DNA from: an archaeon
GTDB taxonomy: Archaea; Methanobacteriota_B; Thermococci; Methanofastidiosales; NM3
Direction: 5' to 3'
Assembly (NCBI GenBank): GCA_004212155.1
Contig: RXIG01000024.1
Span: forward strand, 25,133 to 89,132
Length of the DNA stretch: 64,000 nt
The notes under the pieces are model-generated. The model saw only the letters and a list, made by a program, of their open reading frames with translations. It searched no databases and was not told the DNA's origin. How positions within the stretch are numbered: the stretch's first letter is position 1; each line of letters opens with the position of its first letter. Position numbers and translations under genes: made by a program. This document shows positions 1 through 9,265 of the stretch, piece by piece.

Positions 1-174
1 TACAACGCAGTGACGATACCGCTTGCGGCAGGCGTGCTCTATCCGTTCGGCATCCTGCTCAGCCCGGCAGTCGGTGCCGTGCTCATGTCGCTTAGCACCG
101 TGATCGTTGCCATCAACGCACGATTCCTTTCCGTTGACGAGCAGACGGACCGCAACGGAGGTCGTCATGGATGA
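1..174 (+). CDS. Heavy-metal (Cu-type) P1B ATPase, C-terminal end (5'-truncated by window)
   Basis: Frame 1 reads [40 protein letters not shown], matching the YN...P and MxxSx TM motifs of CopA/CopB ATPases. Stop TGA at 172-174 overlaps the next ATG. Confidence 0.85.
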   Translation, partial: YNAVTIPLAAGVLYPFGILLSPAVGAVLMSLSTVIVAINARFLSVDEQTDRNGGRHG

Positions 175-1718
175 AGTGCGCCCACGAGTACCGGACCGCA
201 GGGAAGAAGTGCCCCTATGAAGCGGAGGAGGGAAGCGAGCTGTGCCGGTGGCACGTGCAGCAATCGGGCAAGAGGCTCTCAGGCAAGGACCTGACGAAGA
301 TCGACCTGGAGGAAGCCTATCTCAAGGGAGCAGACCTCTCCTCATCGAACCTTACCGGGGCGCGCCTTGTCGGTGCGAACCTCTTCGGTGCCGTGCTTGA
401 AGGGGCGACCCTCGTCGATGCTGACCTCTCCGATGCCGACATATCAAAGTCCCAGATGCGCGGCGTCGACCTCGAGAACGCCAAGCTCAAGTACTGCAAG
501 GCAGAGGGTACGATACTTGCCAACAGCAATCTGCAAAACGCCGACCTATCATGGGCGGTGATGCGGGAGGCAATCCTTACCGGGGCGCGCCTTCCCTATG
601 CGACGCTGCTCGATGCGTCGCTTGTCAACGCGGTGCTGCTCCATGCCATGCTTGAAAACGCAACGATGCGCGGCGTCGACCTCAAGGGGGCCGACATGCA
701 GGTCGCCGACATGCGCGGCGCGGATTTGAGGGGGGCGACGCTTGACGGCTGCAACATGCGTGGCGCTGACCTGAGGGGAACAGACCTCAAATACGCCAGC
801 CTTGAGGGAGCCATACTTGCCAACAGCAATCTCCAGCGCGCCGACTTCGCTCGCGCACAGCTCAAGAACGTGCTCGTCCAGAGCACGACCGCACAGCGCG
901 CCAACTTCAGGGAGTGCGATCTCGAGAACGCCGACTTCTCGGATGCCAATCTCGACAAGGCAAATCTTCGTGGAGCCAATCTCAAGGGTGCCAACTTCGA
1001 TGACGCGATTCTCACCGACGCAGACCTCTTCAATGCGAAGATAGAGGGCATACAAAATCTCAGGTACGCGGCCCTCGATGACGTATCCATCACCGAACGC
1101 CTCGCCGACGAGAATGTGAGAAAAGGCGAGCACATCGCCGCGCTCAAGCGCTACGACGAGGCGATAGCGACCTATCTTGACCTCAAGAATCACTTCAATG
1201 CGGCCGGGCTCTACGAGAAGTCGAGCGAATACTACATCCATGAATGGACGGTGCGCGGCAAGCTCGAACGTACGGCACTCAGGTTGGACGAGGGCCAGCT
1301 CAAGGCGAACAAGTTCGTGCCATACCACTTCCCGTTCTCGTTCAAGTACCGATCGAACAGGCTCTTCGCATCGATACTGCAACTCGAGGGATGGACAAAA
1401 TGGATCTCAAACAAACTTTTCTATCTTATCTCAAACTACGGGCAAAGCCCCCTGCGCGTCTTGCTCACCTCGCTTACGATCATCTTTTCCTACACGTTCA
1501 TCTACTGGCTGTCGGGTGGCATCACGACAGGTCCGGAGACGTTCGTACCGACATTTGCCGAATCGCTCTACTTCAGCGTGGTGACGTTCACGACGCTCGG
1601 ATACGGTGACTTCCACCCCAAGCCATCGATCCAGCTCGTGGCGATAAGCGAGGCGTTTTTAGGTGCGTTCATCATCGCGTTCTTCGTCGTGGTGGTGAGC
1701 AGGCGACTCATCAGGTGA
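171..1718 (+). CDS. Pentapeptide-repeat protein with C-terminal K+ channel pore domain
   Basis: About 260 aa of A(D/N)Lxx repeats; C-terminal TM-pore-TM with [16 protein letters not shown] selectivity filter; Cys/His-rich N-terminus. Confidence 0.85.
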   Translation: MKCAHEYRTAGKKCPYEAEEGSELCRWHVQQSGKRLSGKDLTKIDLEEAYLKGADLSSSNLTGARLVGANLFGAVLEGATLVDADLSDADISKSQMRGVDLENAKLKYCKAEGTILANSNLQNADLSWAVMREAILTGARLPYATLLDASLVNAVLLHAMLENATMRGVDLKGADMQVADMRGADLRGATLDGCNMRGADLRGTDLKYASLEGAILANSNLQRADFARAQLKNVLVQSTTAQRANFRECDLENADFSDANLDKANLRGANLKGANFDDAILTDADLFNAKIEGIQNLRYAALDDVSITERLADENVRKGEHIAALKRYDEAIATYLDLKNHFNAAGLYEKSSEYYIHEWTVRGKLERTALRLDEGQLKANKFVPYHFPFSFKYRSNRLFASILQLEGWTKWISNKLFYLISNYGQSPLRVLLTSLTIIFSYTFIYWLSGGITTGPETFVPTFAESLYFSVVTFTTLGYGDFHPKPSIQLVAISEAFLGAFIIAFFVVVVSRRLIR

Positions 1719-1728
1719 AGGGAACCGG

Positions 1729-2190
1729 TTACGTGAGGCGCGTCCTGCGCGCGCCGGTGTGGCGGATGATCTCTTCGGGTGCGATCTTTATGAGGCCGCT
1801 ATCGCTTCCCCCGCCTGCCCACACGCACGGGAGTTCGAGCACCGCCTCGTCGATCAGAAAGCATGCATCGAAGCCGATGGGGGGCACGCCCCCTGCAGGA
1901 AATCCGGTGTGGGAAAGCACCTCGCATGCCCGCGCGATGCGGGGAACGGGGGCCTCAAGCGCCTCGCCGATGCGCCGCGGCAAGACGCGGTCGCACCCGC
2001 GAACGATGGCCACGACGATGCCATCATCAGCCATGAAGCAGATCGATTTGACGAACTCCTCGGGCGCTGCGCCCGTGGCCTTGCAGGCCGCCTGGACGGA
2101 ATGACACGAATCGTCGTAAGTAAAAAGAGAGCAGTCCACGCCGTTCCTGCGTATGTAGTCCTGTAGTTTCTTCGTGTATTCATTCTCCAT
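1729..2190 (-). CDS. YbaK/EbsC family aminoacyl-tRNA deacylase
   Basis: VKSI, TGFPAGGVPPIG and WAGGGS motifs. Confidence 0.85.
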   Translation of the reverse strand: MENEYTKKLQDYIRRNGVDCSLFTYDDSCHSVQAACKATGAAPEEFVKSICFMADDGIVVAIVRGCDRVLPRRIGEALEAPVPRIARACEVLSHTGFPAGGVPPIGFDACFLIDEAVLELPCVWAGGGSDSGLIKIAPEEIIRHTGARRTRLT

Positions 2191-2263
2191 AGGGTGCAGG
2201 CATCATGAATGTATAAAAAACATGCGCTGCTTGCCACGACGAACAATTTAAAAAATAGAAAAG

Positions 2264-2271
2264 TTTATAAA
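2264..2271 (+). promoter_or_regulatory. TATA box upstream of tRNA-Gly
   Basis: TTTATAAA preceded by purine-rich BRE-like AGAAAAG. Confidence 0.5.
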
Positions 2272-2328
2272 TCACAGTACTCATGAGGAAAAGGAGCGAA
2301 CCGGCGCGACCTGTCCGTTCTTTTTGAT

Positions 2329-2404
2329 GCGGCCGTAGTGTAGTGGCCCAGCACATAAGCCTGCCACGCTTGTAACCCGGGTTCAAATCCCGGCGGCCGC
2401 ACCA
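2329..2404 (+). tRNA. tRNA-Gly (GCC), intron-less, CCA encoded
   Basis: Acceptor stem GCGGCCG/CGGCCGC, anticodon arm TAAGC-CTGCCAC-GCTTG, T-arm CCGGG-TTCAAAT-CCCGG, 3' ACCA. Confidence 0.95.
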
Positions 2405-2609
2405 CAACCTTTCTTACATGATTTCAACTCATTTTAGGGAAAAAACCTATAATTATTGTCTATTTCAAAGATACGCATCCAATTTTTGTTAACTTCAGCA
2501 TGAATTGAACTATCTCAAAACGTTTAAAAAAATTGCAGTGCATCTCTTCTCGTAGGGAAATCAACCCAAATCAGTATCATGAAAGTGGAATTCAAAGGAG
2601 TTGAGTGAG

Positions 2610-3125
2610 ATGAAAAAGATTGTAACCCTTCTGCTCGTGCTGGGAATGCTTTGTGCGATAGCTTCCCCGCTCGCAGCGGATGAAAAGACGGGCGATGTCG
2701 AGGAATATGACAATCTCGTCAGGCCTTCGACATCAGAGGGCGATGTGTTCATACTGGGCGACCCCGACGAAGCGGGTGACCGAGATGATTCGGGGGGTGA
2801 TGAGCCACCGCTCATCGCGCCGAACCCCAACGGGGATGAGGAGCCGCTCATCGTCCCCAATCCAAATGCGGTAAGCGATGAGGACTGGGACGGCGATGGC
2901 ATACCGAACGAACAGGATGCCTGTCCGACCGTCTGGGCGGACACCGAGGATGGATGCCCCGTCGACAACCCCCTTGCAGAGAACGACACTACCATCGGCA
3001 TTGACGAGGAAGACGATGAGAAGGAAGAGGATGGCCCAAAACGACCCGGCATCCTCGCATTAGGCGCGATCATGGTGTGCGCCGCAGTGCTTGCCCTCGG
3101 TATTGCCAAGAGGAAGTGGAACTAA
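2610..3125 (+). CDS. Secreted acidic surface protein with thrombospondin type-3-like Ca-binding motif and C-terminal membrane anchor
   Basis: Signal peptide MKKIVTLLLVLGML; DWDGDGIPNEQDACP; C-terminal PGI + hydrophobic helix + KRK tail. Confidence 0.7.
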   Translation: MKKIVTLLLVLGMLCAIASPLAADEKTGDVEEYDNLVRPSTSEGDVFILGDPDEAGDRDDSGGDEPPLIAPNPNGDEEPLIVPNPNAVSDEDWDGDGIPNEQDACPTVWADTEDGCPVDNPLAENDTTIGIDEEDDEKEEDGPKRPGILALGAIMVCAAVLALGIAKRKWN

Positions 3126-3155
3126 CGTTCCTCATTTCTTTTTTTTTCTCAACTT

Positions 3156-3323
3156 TTAATTGCCCTTGAACTGTTCCCCCGTCGCCTTTGTCACGATCAT
3201 CGGGAGGAGAAATGACAGCATGATGACGGCAAATGCAACGTATTGAAGGGGATAGTTCACGAACTCGGAGCCAAAGAGCAAGATCACACCGAGTATGAGC
3301 AGTCCGTAGGAATACTTGTTCAT
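3156..3323 (-). CDS. Small two-helix membrane protein (55 aa, below ORF-track cutoff)
   Basis: Manual translation MNKYSYGLLILGVILLFGSEFVNYPLQYVAFAVIMLSFLLPMIVTKATGEQFKGN; G-rich RBS-like and AT-rich promoter-like sequence upstream. Confidence 0.55.
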   Translation of the reverse strand: MNKYSYGLLILGVILLFGSEFVNYPLQYVAFAVIMLSFLLPMIVTKATGEQFKGN

Positions 3324-3428
3324 CGTTGTGCTCTTCGAGTTCCCCCTTTAAATAATTGACTTTCATGAAGGGTGGGCAGCGGCGGAAGCGACCAATCGTT
3401 TTTTAGTGCGGCACGCATACGTATATGT

Positions 3429-4550
3429 ATGAAGACGGTAGGATTTTTGATCAATCCCATCGCTGGTATGGGTGGACGGGTCGGCCTCAAGGGCACTGAC
3501 GGCATGCTCGAGGAGGCTCGGCGCAGGGGTGCCGCACCCGTTACCCCGCAACGTGCGGCACGGTTCTTCGATTCGCTCGATCGCGACGTGGCGGCACAAG
3601 CTCGCTGGCTCACGTGTGCGGGGCTGATGGGTGCCGACACCATGAAAGACACCGGGCTTGAGTACGATACCGTCTACACGCCAAAGGGCGGCTCGAGCGG
3701 AGCGGATACGCGGCGTGCCTGCGAACTGTTCCTTGAGCGCGGATGTGACCTCATCGTGTTCTGTGGTGGCGACGGGACCGCCCGTGACGTCAACGCGGCC
3801 GTTGGGCGCTCGGTGCCCGTCCTCGGCATCCCTAGCGGTGTCAAGATGCTCTCAGGCGTATTCGCCATCAATCCGTCGGCAGGAGCCGAGCTGCTCGAGC
3901 TCTACCTCGCCGGGTCGGCCGAGACGCAGGAAGCGGAGGTGGTCGACCTCGATGAGGAGGAATACCGTCATGACCGCTTCTCGTTCAAGGTCTTTGGCAC
4001 GGCCCTGACGCTCTTTGAAGGCAATTACACCCAGTCATCGAAGATGCTCATCCGCGGTGCGCGCGAGGATGACATCAAGGACGACATCGCGCGCACCGTC
4101 ATCGAGGATATGGACGACGGGACGCTCTACCTTCTGGGGCCGGGGAGCACGGTGCGCTCCATAGCCGAACGGCTTGGCATCGATAACACGCTCCTTGGCA
4201 TCGATGCCGTGAAAGGGAAGGAACTCGTCGGGCGCGACCTCAACGAGGAGCGCATACTCGGGCTCATCGAGGGCGAACAAAACGTCATGCTCATCCTCTC
4301 GCCCATCGGCGCCCAGGGGTTCGTCATCGGGCGCGGCAATCTTCAGATCTCACCAGCGGTGCTCGAACGCATCAGCATCGAAAACATACTAATTGTATCG
4401 ACACCGGCGAAATTGAAGACAATACGTCACCTCCTGGTGGACACAGGGGATGCCAACCTTGACAAAAAGTTTATGGAAAAACAGTACCTGCCTGTCATTA
4501 TTGGTTATAGAACGTCTACATTAAAGAATATTGGAATACAAAACCTTTAA
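3429..4550 (+). CDS. ATP-NAD kinase family protein
   Basis: NPIAGMGGRVGLKGTDG, GGDGTARD, GIPSGVKM and GRGNLQISP motifs; start placed at MKTVG. Confidence 0.85.
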   Translation: MKTVGFLINPIAGMGGRVGLKGTDGMLEEARRRGAAPVTPQRAARFFDSLDRDVAAQARWLTCAGLMGADTMKDTGLEYDTVYTPKGGSSGADTRRACELFLERGCDLIVFCGGDGTARDVNAAVGRSVPVLGIPSGVKMLSGVFAINPSAGAELLELYLAGSAETQEAEVVDLDEEEYRHDRFSFKVFGTALTLFEGNYTQSSKMLIRGAREDDIKDDIARTVIEDMDDGTLYLLGPGSTVRSIAERLGIDNTLLGIDAVKGKELVGRDLNEERILGLIEGEQNVMLILSPIGAQGFVIGRGNLQISPAVLERISIENILIVSTPAKLKTIRHLLVDTGDANLDKKFMEKQYLPVIIGYRTSTLKNIGIQNL

Positions 4551-4575
4551 ATAATGAACATATTGTTTTAGTACC

Positions 4576-5610
4576 ATGAAAGCAGCTGTGAAGGTCAGGC
4601 CCGAATACGGGGGCACCGAGGTGCGTGACGTGCCCACCCCCCAACCAGGGCCGGATGACGCACTCATCAAGATGGATGCCGCCTCCATATGCGGAACCGA
4701 CATGCATATTTACGAGTGGGACGCCTGGGCGCAAAAAAACATTGACGTCCCGCGAATCTACGGCCATGAGTTCGCCGGCACGGTGGTCGAGGTAGGCAAG
4801 AACGTTGATTCGGTCAAGGTAGGGGACAAGGTCTCAGGCGAGTGCCATGTCTACTGCGGACACTGCCCACAATGTATGAGAGGAAACATGCACATCTGCA
4901 TGAACATGTCCGCGTTCGGCGTGAGCTCTGAAGGCATCTTCTGCGAGTATCAGGCGCTGCCCGCACAGAACCTGTGGGTCAACGACCCCACGATCCCCGC
5001 GAAGTACACCACGCTCCAGGACCCCCTGGGCAACGCCGTACATACCGTCTTTTCAGCAGGCGACATCACGGGCAAGAACGTTGCAGTGCTCGGGTGCGGC
5101 CCCATCGGTCTTTTGGCCATCACCGTTGCAAAGGCCGCCGGCGCCGCGCAGGTCGTTGCCGTGGGGCACACGAACGAATACCGCATCAACCTCGCCAAGA
5201 AGCTGGGGGCCGACGTCGTGCTCAAGAAGGGCGACGACTTCGGCAAGGTGGCACGCGACCTCACCGACGGGCTTGGCATGGACGCCGTCTACGAGATAAC
5301 GGGCAATCCGAATGCCGTGCTCACAGGGCTCGACATGGTGCGCGGCGGCGGAACACTGGCATTGCTTGGCATATTCAACGACCCCGTCACGATCAATCTC
5401 ACCGACGACATCGTCTTCAAGTGCGTCGATATGAAGGGCATCTACGGAAGGAAGATATGGGACACGTGGTTCACGTCCACCGGACTCCTCAAGTCGGGCA
5501 AGCTCGACCTCGATACGATCATCACACATACATTTAAGTTCGATGACATTTTAGAGGGAATGGAAGTCATGGCCTCTGGCAATTCTGGAAAGATTGTCCT
5601 TACGTTTTGA
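4576..5610 (+). CDS. tdh: L-threonine 3-dehydrogenase
   Basis: Zn-dependent MDR with ICGTD, GHEFAG, CGHCPQC, DPLGNAVHT and GIYGR; adjacent to kbl. Confidence 0.9.
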   Translation: MKAAVKVRPEYGGTEVRDVPTPQPGPDDALIKMDAASICGTDMHIYEWDAWAQKNIDVPRIYGHEFAGTVVEVGKNVDSVKVGDKVSGECHVYCGHCPQCMRGNMHICMNMSAFGVSSEGIFCEYQALPAQNLWVNDPTIPAKYTTLQDPLGNAVHTVFSAGDITGKNVAVLGCGPIGLLAITVAKAAGAAQVVAVGHTNEYRINLAKKLGADVVLKKGDDFGKVARDLTDGLGMDAVYEITGNPNAVLTGLDMVRGGGTLALLGIFNDPVTINLTDDIVFKCVDMKGIYGRKIWDTWFTSTGLLKSGKLDLDTIITHTFKFDDILEGMEVMASGNSGKIVLTF

Positions 5611-5620
5611 AGGTGGTAGC

Positions 5621-6808
5621 ATGGAACGAGATCCAAACGCATTCCTCAGGGAAGAATATGAAAAGCTCAAGGAGAAGAATCTCAACTGGAACCTGCGCGT
5701 GCTCGAGGGCCCCTCCGCGCCACGGACCGTGGTGGATGGAAAGCCCGTCATCATGCTCTGTTCCAACAACTATCTCAACTTATCGAATCATCCAAAGATC
5801 ATCGAGGCGTCCATCGAGGCCACTCGGCGGCTTGGTGCAGGTTCTGGCTCCGTACGCCCGATAGCAGGGAATATGGGGCTCCACATGGAGGTGGAGCGCG
5901 AGCTTGCCAGATTCAAGCGAAGCGAGTCGGCGCTCGTCTACCAGACGGGATTCGCCACCAACGCTGGCCTCATACCCCAGCTTGCCGACAAGGGTGACAT
6001 CATCATCTCCGATGAGCTCAACCACGGCAGCATCATCGACGGCGTGCGCCTCTCGCGTGCTGACAAGGCGATATACGCCCACCAGAACATGGGTCAGCTC
6101 GAGGACCAGCTACGCGAGGCCGACAAGAAGGGATACCGCCGCATCCTCGTCATCACCGATGGTGTCTTCTCCATGGACGGCGATGTCGCACAAGCCGACA
6201 CGATCGTCAAGCTCTGCAAGGAGGTCGGCGCCATGACGTACTTCGACGATGCCCATGGCGAGGGCGTCCTTGGACCACATGGCGAGGGCATATCGGCCCA
6301 CTACGGCATCGAGGGCGAGATCGATGTGGAGGTCGGCACGTTCTCAAAGGCATACGGCGTCGTCGGCGGGCTCGTGGCGGGAAGCCAGGACCTTGTCAAC
6401 TACGCGTACAACACGTCGAGGACATGGCTGCTCTCCGGATCGCATCCGCCAGGCGTGGCCGCGGCGCAGCTCGAGGCGATCCGCGTGCTCTCACGCGAAC
6501 CCGAGCACCACAAGCGTCTCTGGGACAACACCAACTACTTCAAGAAGGAGCTCCAGTCGCTCGGATTCGACACCGGCGACTCGGTGACGCCCATCACCCC
6601 CGTGATGTGCGGCGAGTCGAAGATGGCAAAGGACCTCTCCGATGGACTCTACAAAAACGGCGTCTTCGCGCTTCCCATCGTCTTCCCCATGGTCGCGCAG
6701 GGCAAGGCGCGCATCCGCACCATCATGAACGCCGGACTCACCAAGGACGACCTCGACGAGGCCATCTCCGCGTTCGAGAAGGTCGGCAAATCGATAGGGC
6801 TTATCTGA
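5621..6808 (+). CDS. kbl: Glycine C-acetyltransferase (2-amino-3-ketobutyrate CoA ligase)
   Basis: SNNYL, DELNHGSIIDG, DGVFSMDG, DDAHG and TFSKAYG PLP lysine; directly downstream of tdh. Confidence 0.85.
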   Translation: MERDPNAFLREEYEKLKEKNLNWNLRVLEGPSAPRTVVDGKPVIMLCSNNYLNLSNHPKIIEASIEATRRLGAGSGSVRPIAGNMGLHMEVERELARFKRSESALVYQTGFATNAGLIPQLADKGDIIISDELNHGSIIDGVRLSRADKAIYAHQNMGQLEDQLREADKKGYRRILVITDGVFSMDGDVAQADTIVKLCKEVGAMTYFDDAHGEGVLGPHGEGISAHYGIEGEIDVEVGTFSKAYGVVGGLVAGSQDLVNYAYNTSRTWLLSGSHPPGVAAAQLEAIRVLSREPEHHKRLWDNTNYFKKELQSLGFDTGDSVTPITPVMCGESKMAKDLSDGLYKNGVFALPIVFPMVAQGKARIRTIMNAGLTKDDLDEAISAFEKVGKSIGLI

Positions 6809-7482
6809 TGCGTATGTGCCCCCGCTACAAGATCGTCGTCTTCGACCTCGACGGCACGCTTATCCACTACGGATCGTCGTGGGAGACGCTGCATGACCAC
6901 TTCGAGGCGATGCCCGAAGACGTTCGTGCGAACATGGACGCATTCCTCGCGGGTGAGATCGACTACAAGGAGTGGATGGAGCGCGATATCGCGCTCTGGC
7001 ACCACATGGCCCCAACGTCACGCGACGTCGACGAGGCGTTCAGGGACCATGTGCCGTGTGACGAGACCCGTGCGGCCATCGCCCGGCTCAAGGAGCACGG
7101 CATCAAGGTCTTTATCGTTTCCTCCGGCATCGATGTCCTCGCACGGCGCATCGGTGAGGAGCTCGGGATCGATGGCGCCTATGCCAATGCGCTCGACTGC
7201 GACGAGGACGGACGCCTCACCGGACGCGGCGAGTGCAGCGTCGACCCCCTGCGCAAGCACGAGGTCGTTCACCGAATCGCGTGCGAGGAGGGCGTACCGC
7301 TCGATGAGATCGCCTGTGTGGGCGACACGAAGTACGACATCTCGATGTTTCACGGCGTGGGAGGGAAATTTGCCCTCAAGGCAAAGCACGACGAGCTTCG
7401 CGAGGCTGCCGATGCGTCGTTCGAGTCGATCACCGACCTAGTGGACCATATTCTGGGCGAACAGGGAACTGCCATGCCATGA
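6808..7482 (+). CDS. HAD-IB family phosphatase (phosphoserine phosphatase-like)
   Basis: FDLDGTL motif I, VSSG motif II, GDTKYD motif IV; start overlaps kbl stop (TGATG). Confidence 0.8.
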   Translation: MRMCPRYKIVVFDLDGTLIHYGSSWETLHDHFEAMPEDVRANMDAFLAGEIDYKEWMERDIALWHHMAPTSRDVDEAFRDHVPCDETRAAIARLKEHGIKVFIVSSGIDVLARRIGEELGIDGAYANALDCDEDGRLTGRGECSVDPLRKHEVVHRIACEEGVPLDEIACVGDTKYDISMFHGVGGKFALKAKHDELREAADASFESITDLVDHILGEQGTAMP

Positions 7483-7515
7483 AAACCTTTTTCTTTCTAT
7501 AATGCTAATAGGTGT

Positions 7516-7734
7516 ATGCCTCAAGCAACGAGCAATTACGTGAAAATAGGCGATATCGAACTTTCTTCAAAGGAATCCCTGGATTCGCTCATGGAAAAGG
7601 CCATGCGCCTCTATGTATGGAAGATGGAGGCCAGGCAGGCGAAGAAGTCCGGCGAGGACATCGACCTCGAGATGGTCTTCGACGAGGGAGAGAAGCAGGC
7701 TCCTGAAGAAAAGAAAGAGTTCGTGGGCATCTAG
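7516..7734 (+). CDS. Small hypothetical protein (72 aa)
   Basis: Compact ORF with AGGTG RBS and AT-rich upstream; no family recognised. Confidence 0.6.
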   Translation: MPQATSNYVKIGDIELSSKESLDSLMEKAMRLYVWKMEARQAKKSGEDIDLEMVFDEGEKQAPEEKKEFVGI

Positions 7735-7757
7735 GGCTTTGTGTGCAAAGCCGGCAT

Positions 7758-8876
7758 CTAAGAAAAGTCCTTGAGCACCGCCAATATGTCCTCGGAGGGG
7801 AATCGTGGCGTGAACACCCTGCTCCTTCCACGGCCCATCATAACGACATTGCTATCGATGAGCCCGTAGGACTCGAGCTTTGCCAGCGCCTGGGAGAACG
7901 ACTTCTTGTTAAACGATCCTTTCATGCGCTCGAAGAGTGCCCCTGAACGCACATCCTTGTCCGTTGCTATCTCAAGCAGCATCTGCCGCTCGGCGGCGGA
8001 AAGCACCGCAACCTTTTCGTGAAGCGTGACGAATCGGGCCTTCTTCTCATATGCGGCATCGATGTCCTCGCGTTCGATCTTTCGCTTCGCATGCGATTCA
8101 GCGATGATGCCGCTCGATGAAAGAAGCGTTATGCCGACACGAAGGTCGCCCTGCGAGGCGGTGAGCTCCGCGATGTGTTCAACGAGTTCCTGTGATATGA
8201 CGCCCGGGAAGAACCCCGCCTGGGCCCGCTTGAGCAGTATCTCGTACGTCTCTGAGAGTGAGTATGGGGGGAACGTGACCTCCTGGGGCATGAAGATGCT
8301 GTAAAGCTTCGTTGCGATCACCTCCTTGAAGTCCTCGCGCGATAGGATGGCGACGACGCCGGTGCGCACGCGCGGATACTGCTCATAGGCGCGCAGAATA
8401 TCGTACATGATGTCGTTTGCATACTTTTGCTCGAAGAGGAAGTCGATGTCGTCAAGCGCCACAAGGAGACTGAGCCCCTTGCGGTCGAGATGGTTCATCA
8501 CCTTCTCGTAGACGCGTGTGTAGGGGACCCCCGTCTCGGGCGGGCGATGGCCAAAGATCTTCTTGTGCACCTCGGACATGACGGTGAACTTCGTGTTCGA
8601 GAGCTTGCAGTTGATGTGGACGGGCACCATCCTGTCCGAAGCGTTCTGGATCTCGTCGAATAGGAAGTGCACCGTCGTCGTCTTTCCCGTGCCGGGGGGA
8701 CCGATGATGAGCGTGTTGTGCGGCTTCCCGCCCCGAAGGCCGGGGCGCACGAGCGAGACGAGTGCCTGGAGCTCCTTGTCCCTGAACAGCAGGGTGTCGG
8801 GAAGATAATTGGGATTGAACACCTGTTCATCCTTGAAGAGCGTCTCATCAGACATGAGCATGTCCTTTATGTTCAT
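7758..8876 (-). CDS. cdc6: ORC1-type DNA replication initiation protein
   Basis: LFRDKE, Walker A GPPGTGKT, Walker B LDDID, GDLR sensor and C-terminal winged helix with GRGRSR. Confidence 0.92.
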   Translation of the reverse strand: MNIKDMLMSDETLFKDEQVFNPNYLPDTLLFRDKELQALVSLVRPGLRGGKPHNTLIIGPPGTGKTTTVHFLFDEIQNASDRMVPVHINCKLSNTKFTVMSEVHKKIFGHRPPETGVPYTRVYEKVMNHLDRKGLSLLVALDDIDFLFEQKYANDIMYDILRAYEQYPRVRTGVVAILSREDFKEVIATKLYSIFMPQEVTFPPYSLSETYEILLKRAQAGFFPGVISQELVEHIAELTASQGDLRVGITLLSSSGIIAESHAKRKIEREDIDAAYEKKARFVTLHEKVAVLSAAERQMLLEIATDKDVRSGALFERMKGSFNKKSFSQALAKLESYGLIDSNVVMMGRGRSRVFTPRFPSEDILAVLKDFS

Positions 8877-9265
8877 ACTGTACTCCAATCGTGCGGCGCA
8901 CATATAAAATGATTACCTTCCAAAGATGGAGGATATCACTTGATGTTTTTCCTCTCGGGGCGCGTCGGTATGCATTAGTCCGTTCTTCAACAATATGGGA
9001 AATGGTATGTATCGTTCCATGTGTTACCACCACTATTGATTATCAATGTCGCATATAAAACGAACATCCAAGAGAGGAGGAGTAAGGTGACCTTAATTTT
9101 GGAACGAAAATTATTTTTAGAATCAAAGAAAAAGCATGAAATATATTCTTAAAAAAAATATAAAATAAAATAATTGATTAGATTAGAATATAAAATATTT
9201 TTTAGGATAATATGAAATATAAAAAGATTTATAAATCAATGCACAACGTTCATACTGTGGTTACC

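Noticed and set aside
5621-6808. Alternative call as BioF (8-amino-7-oxononanoate synthase)
   Set aside because: Same fold, but direct linkage to tdh and absence of bio genes favour kbl.
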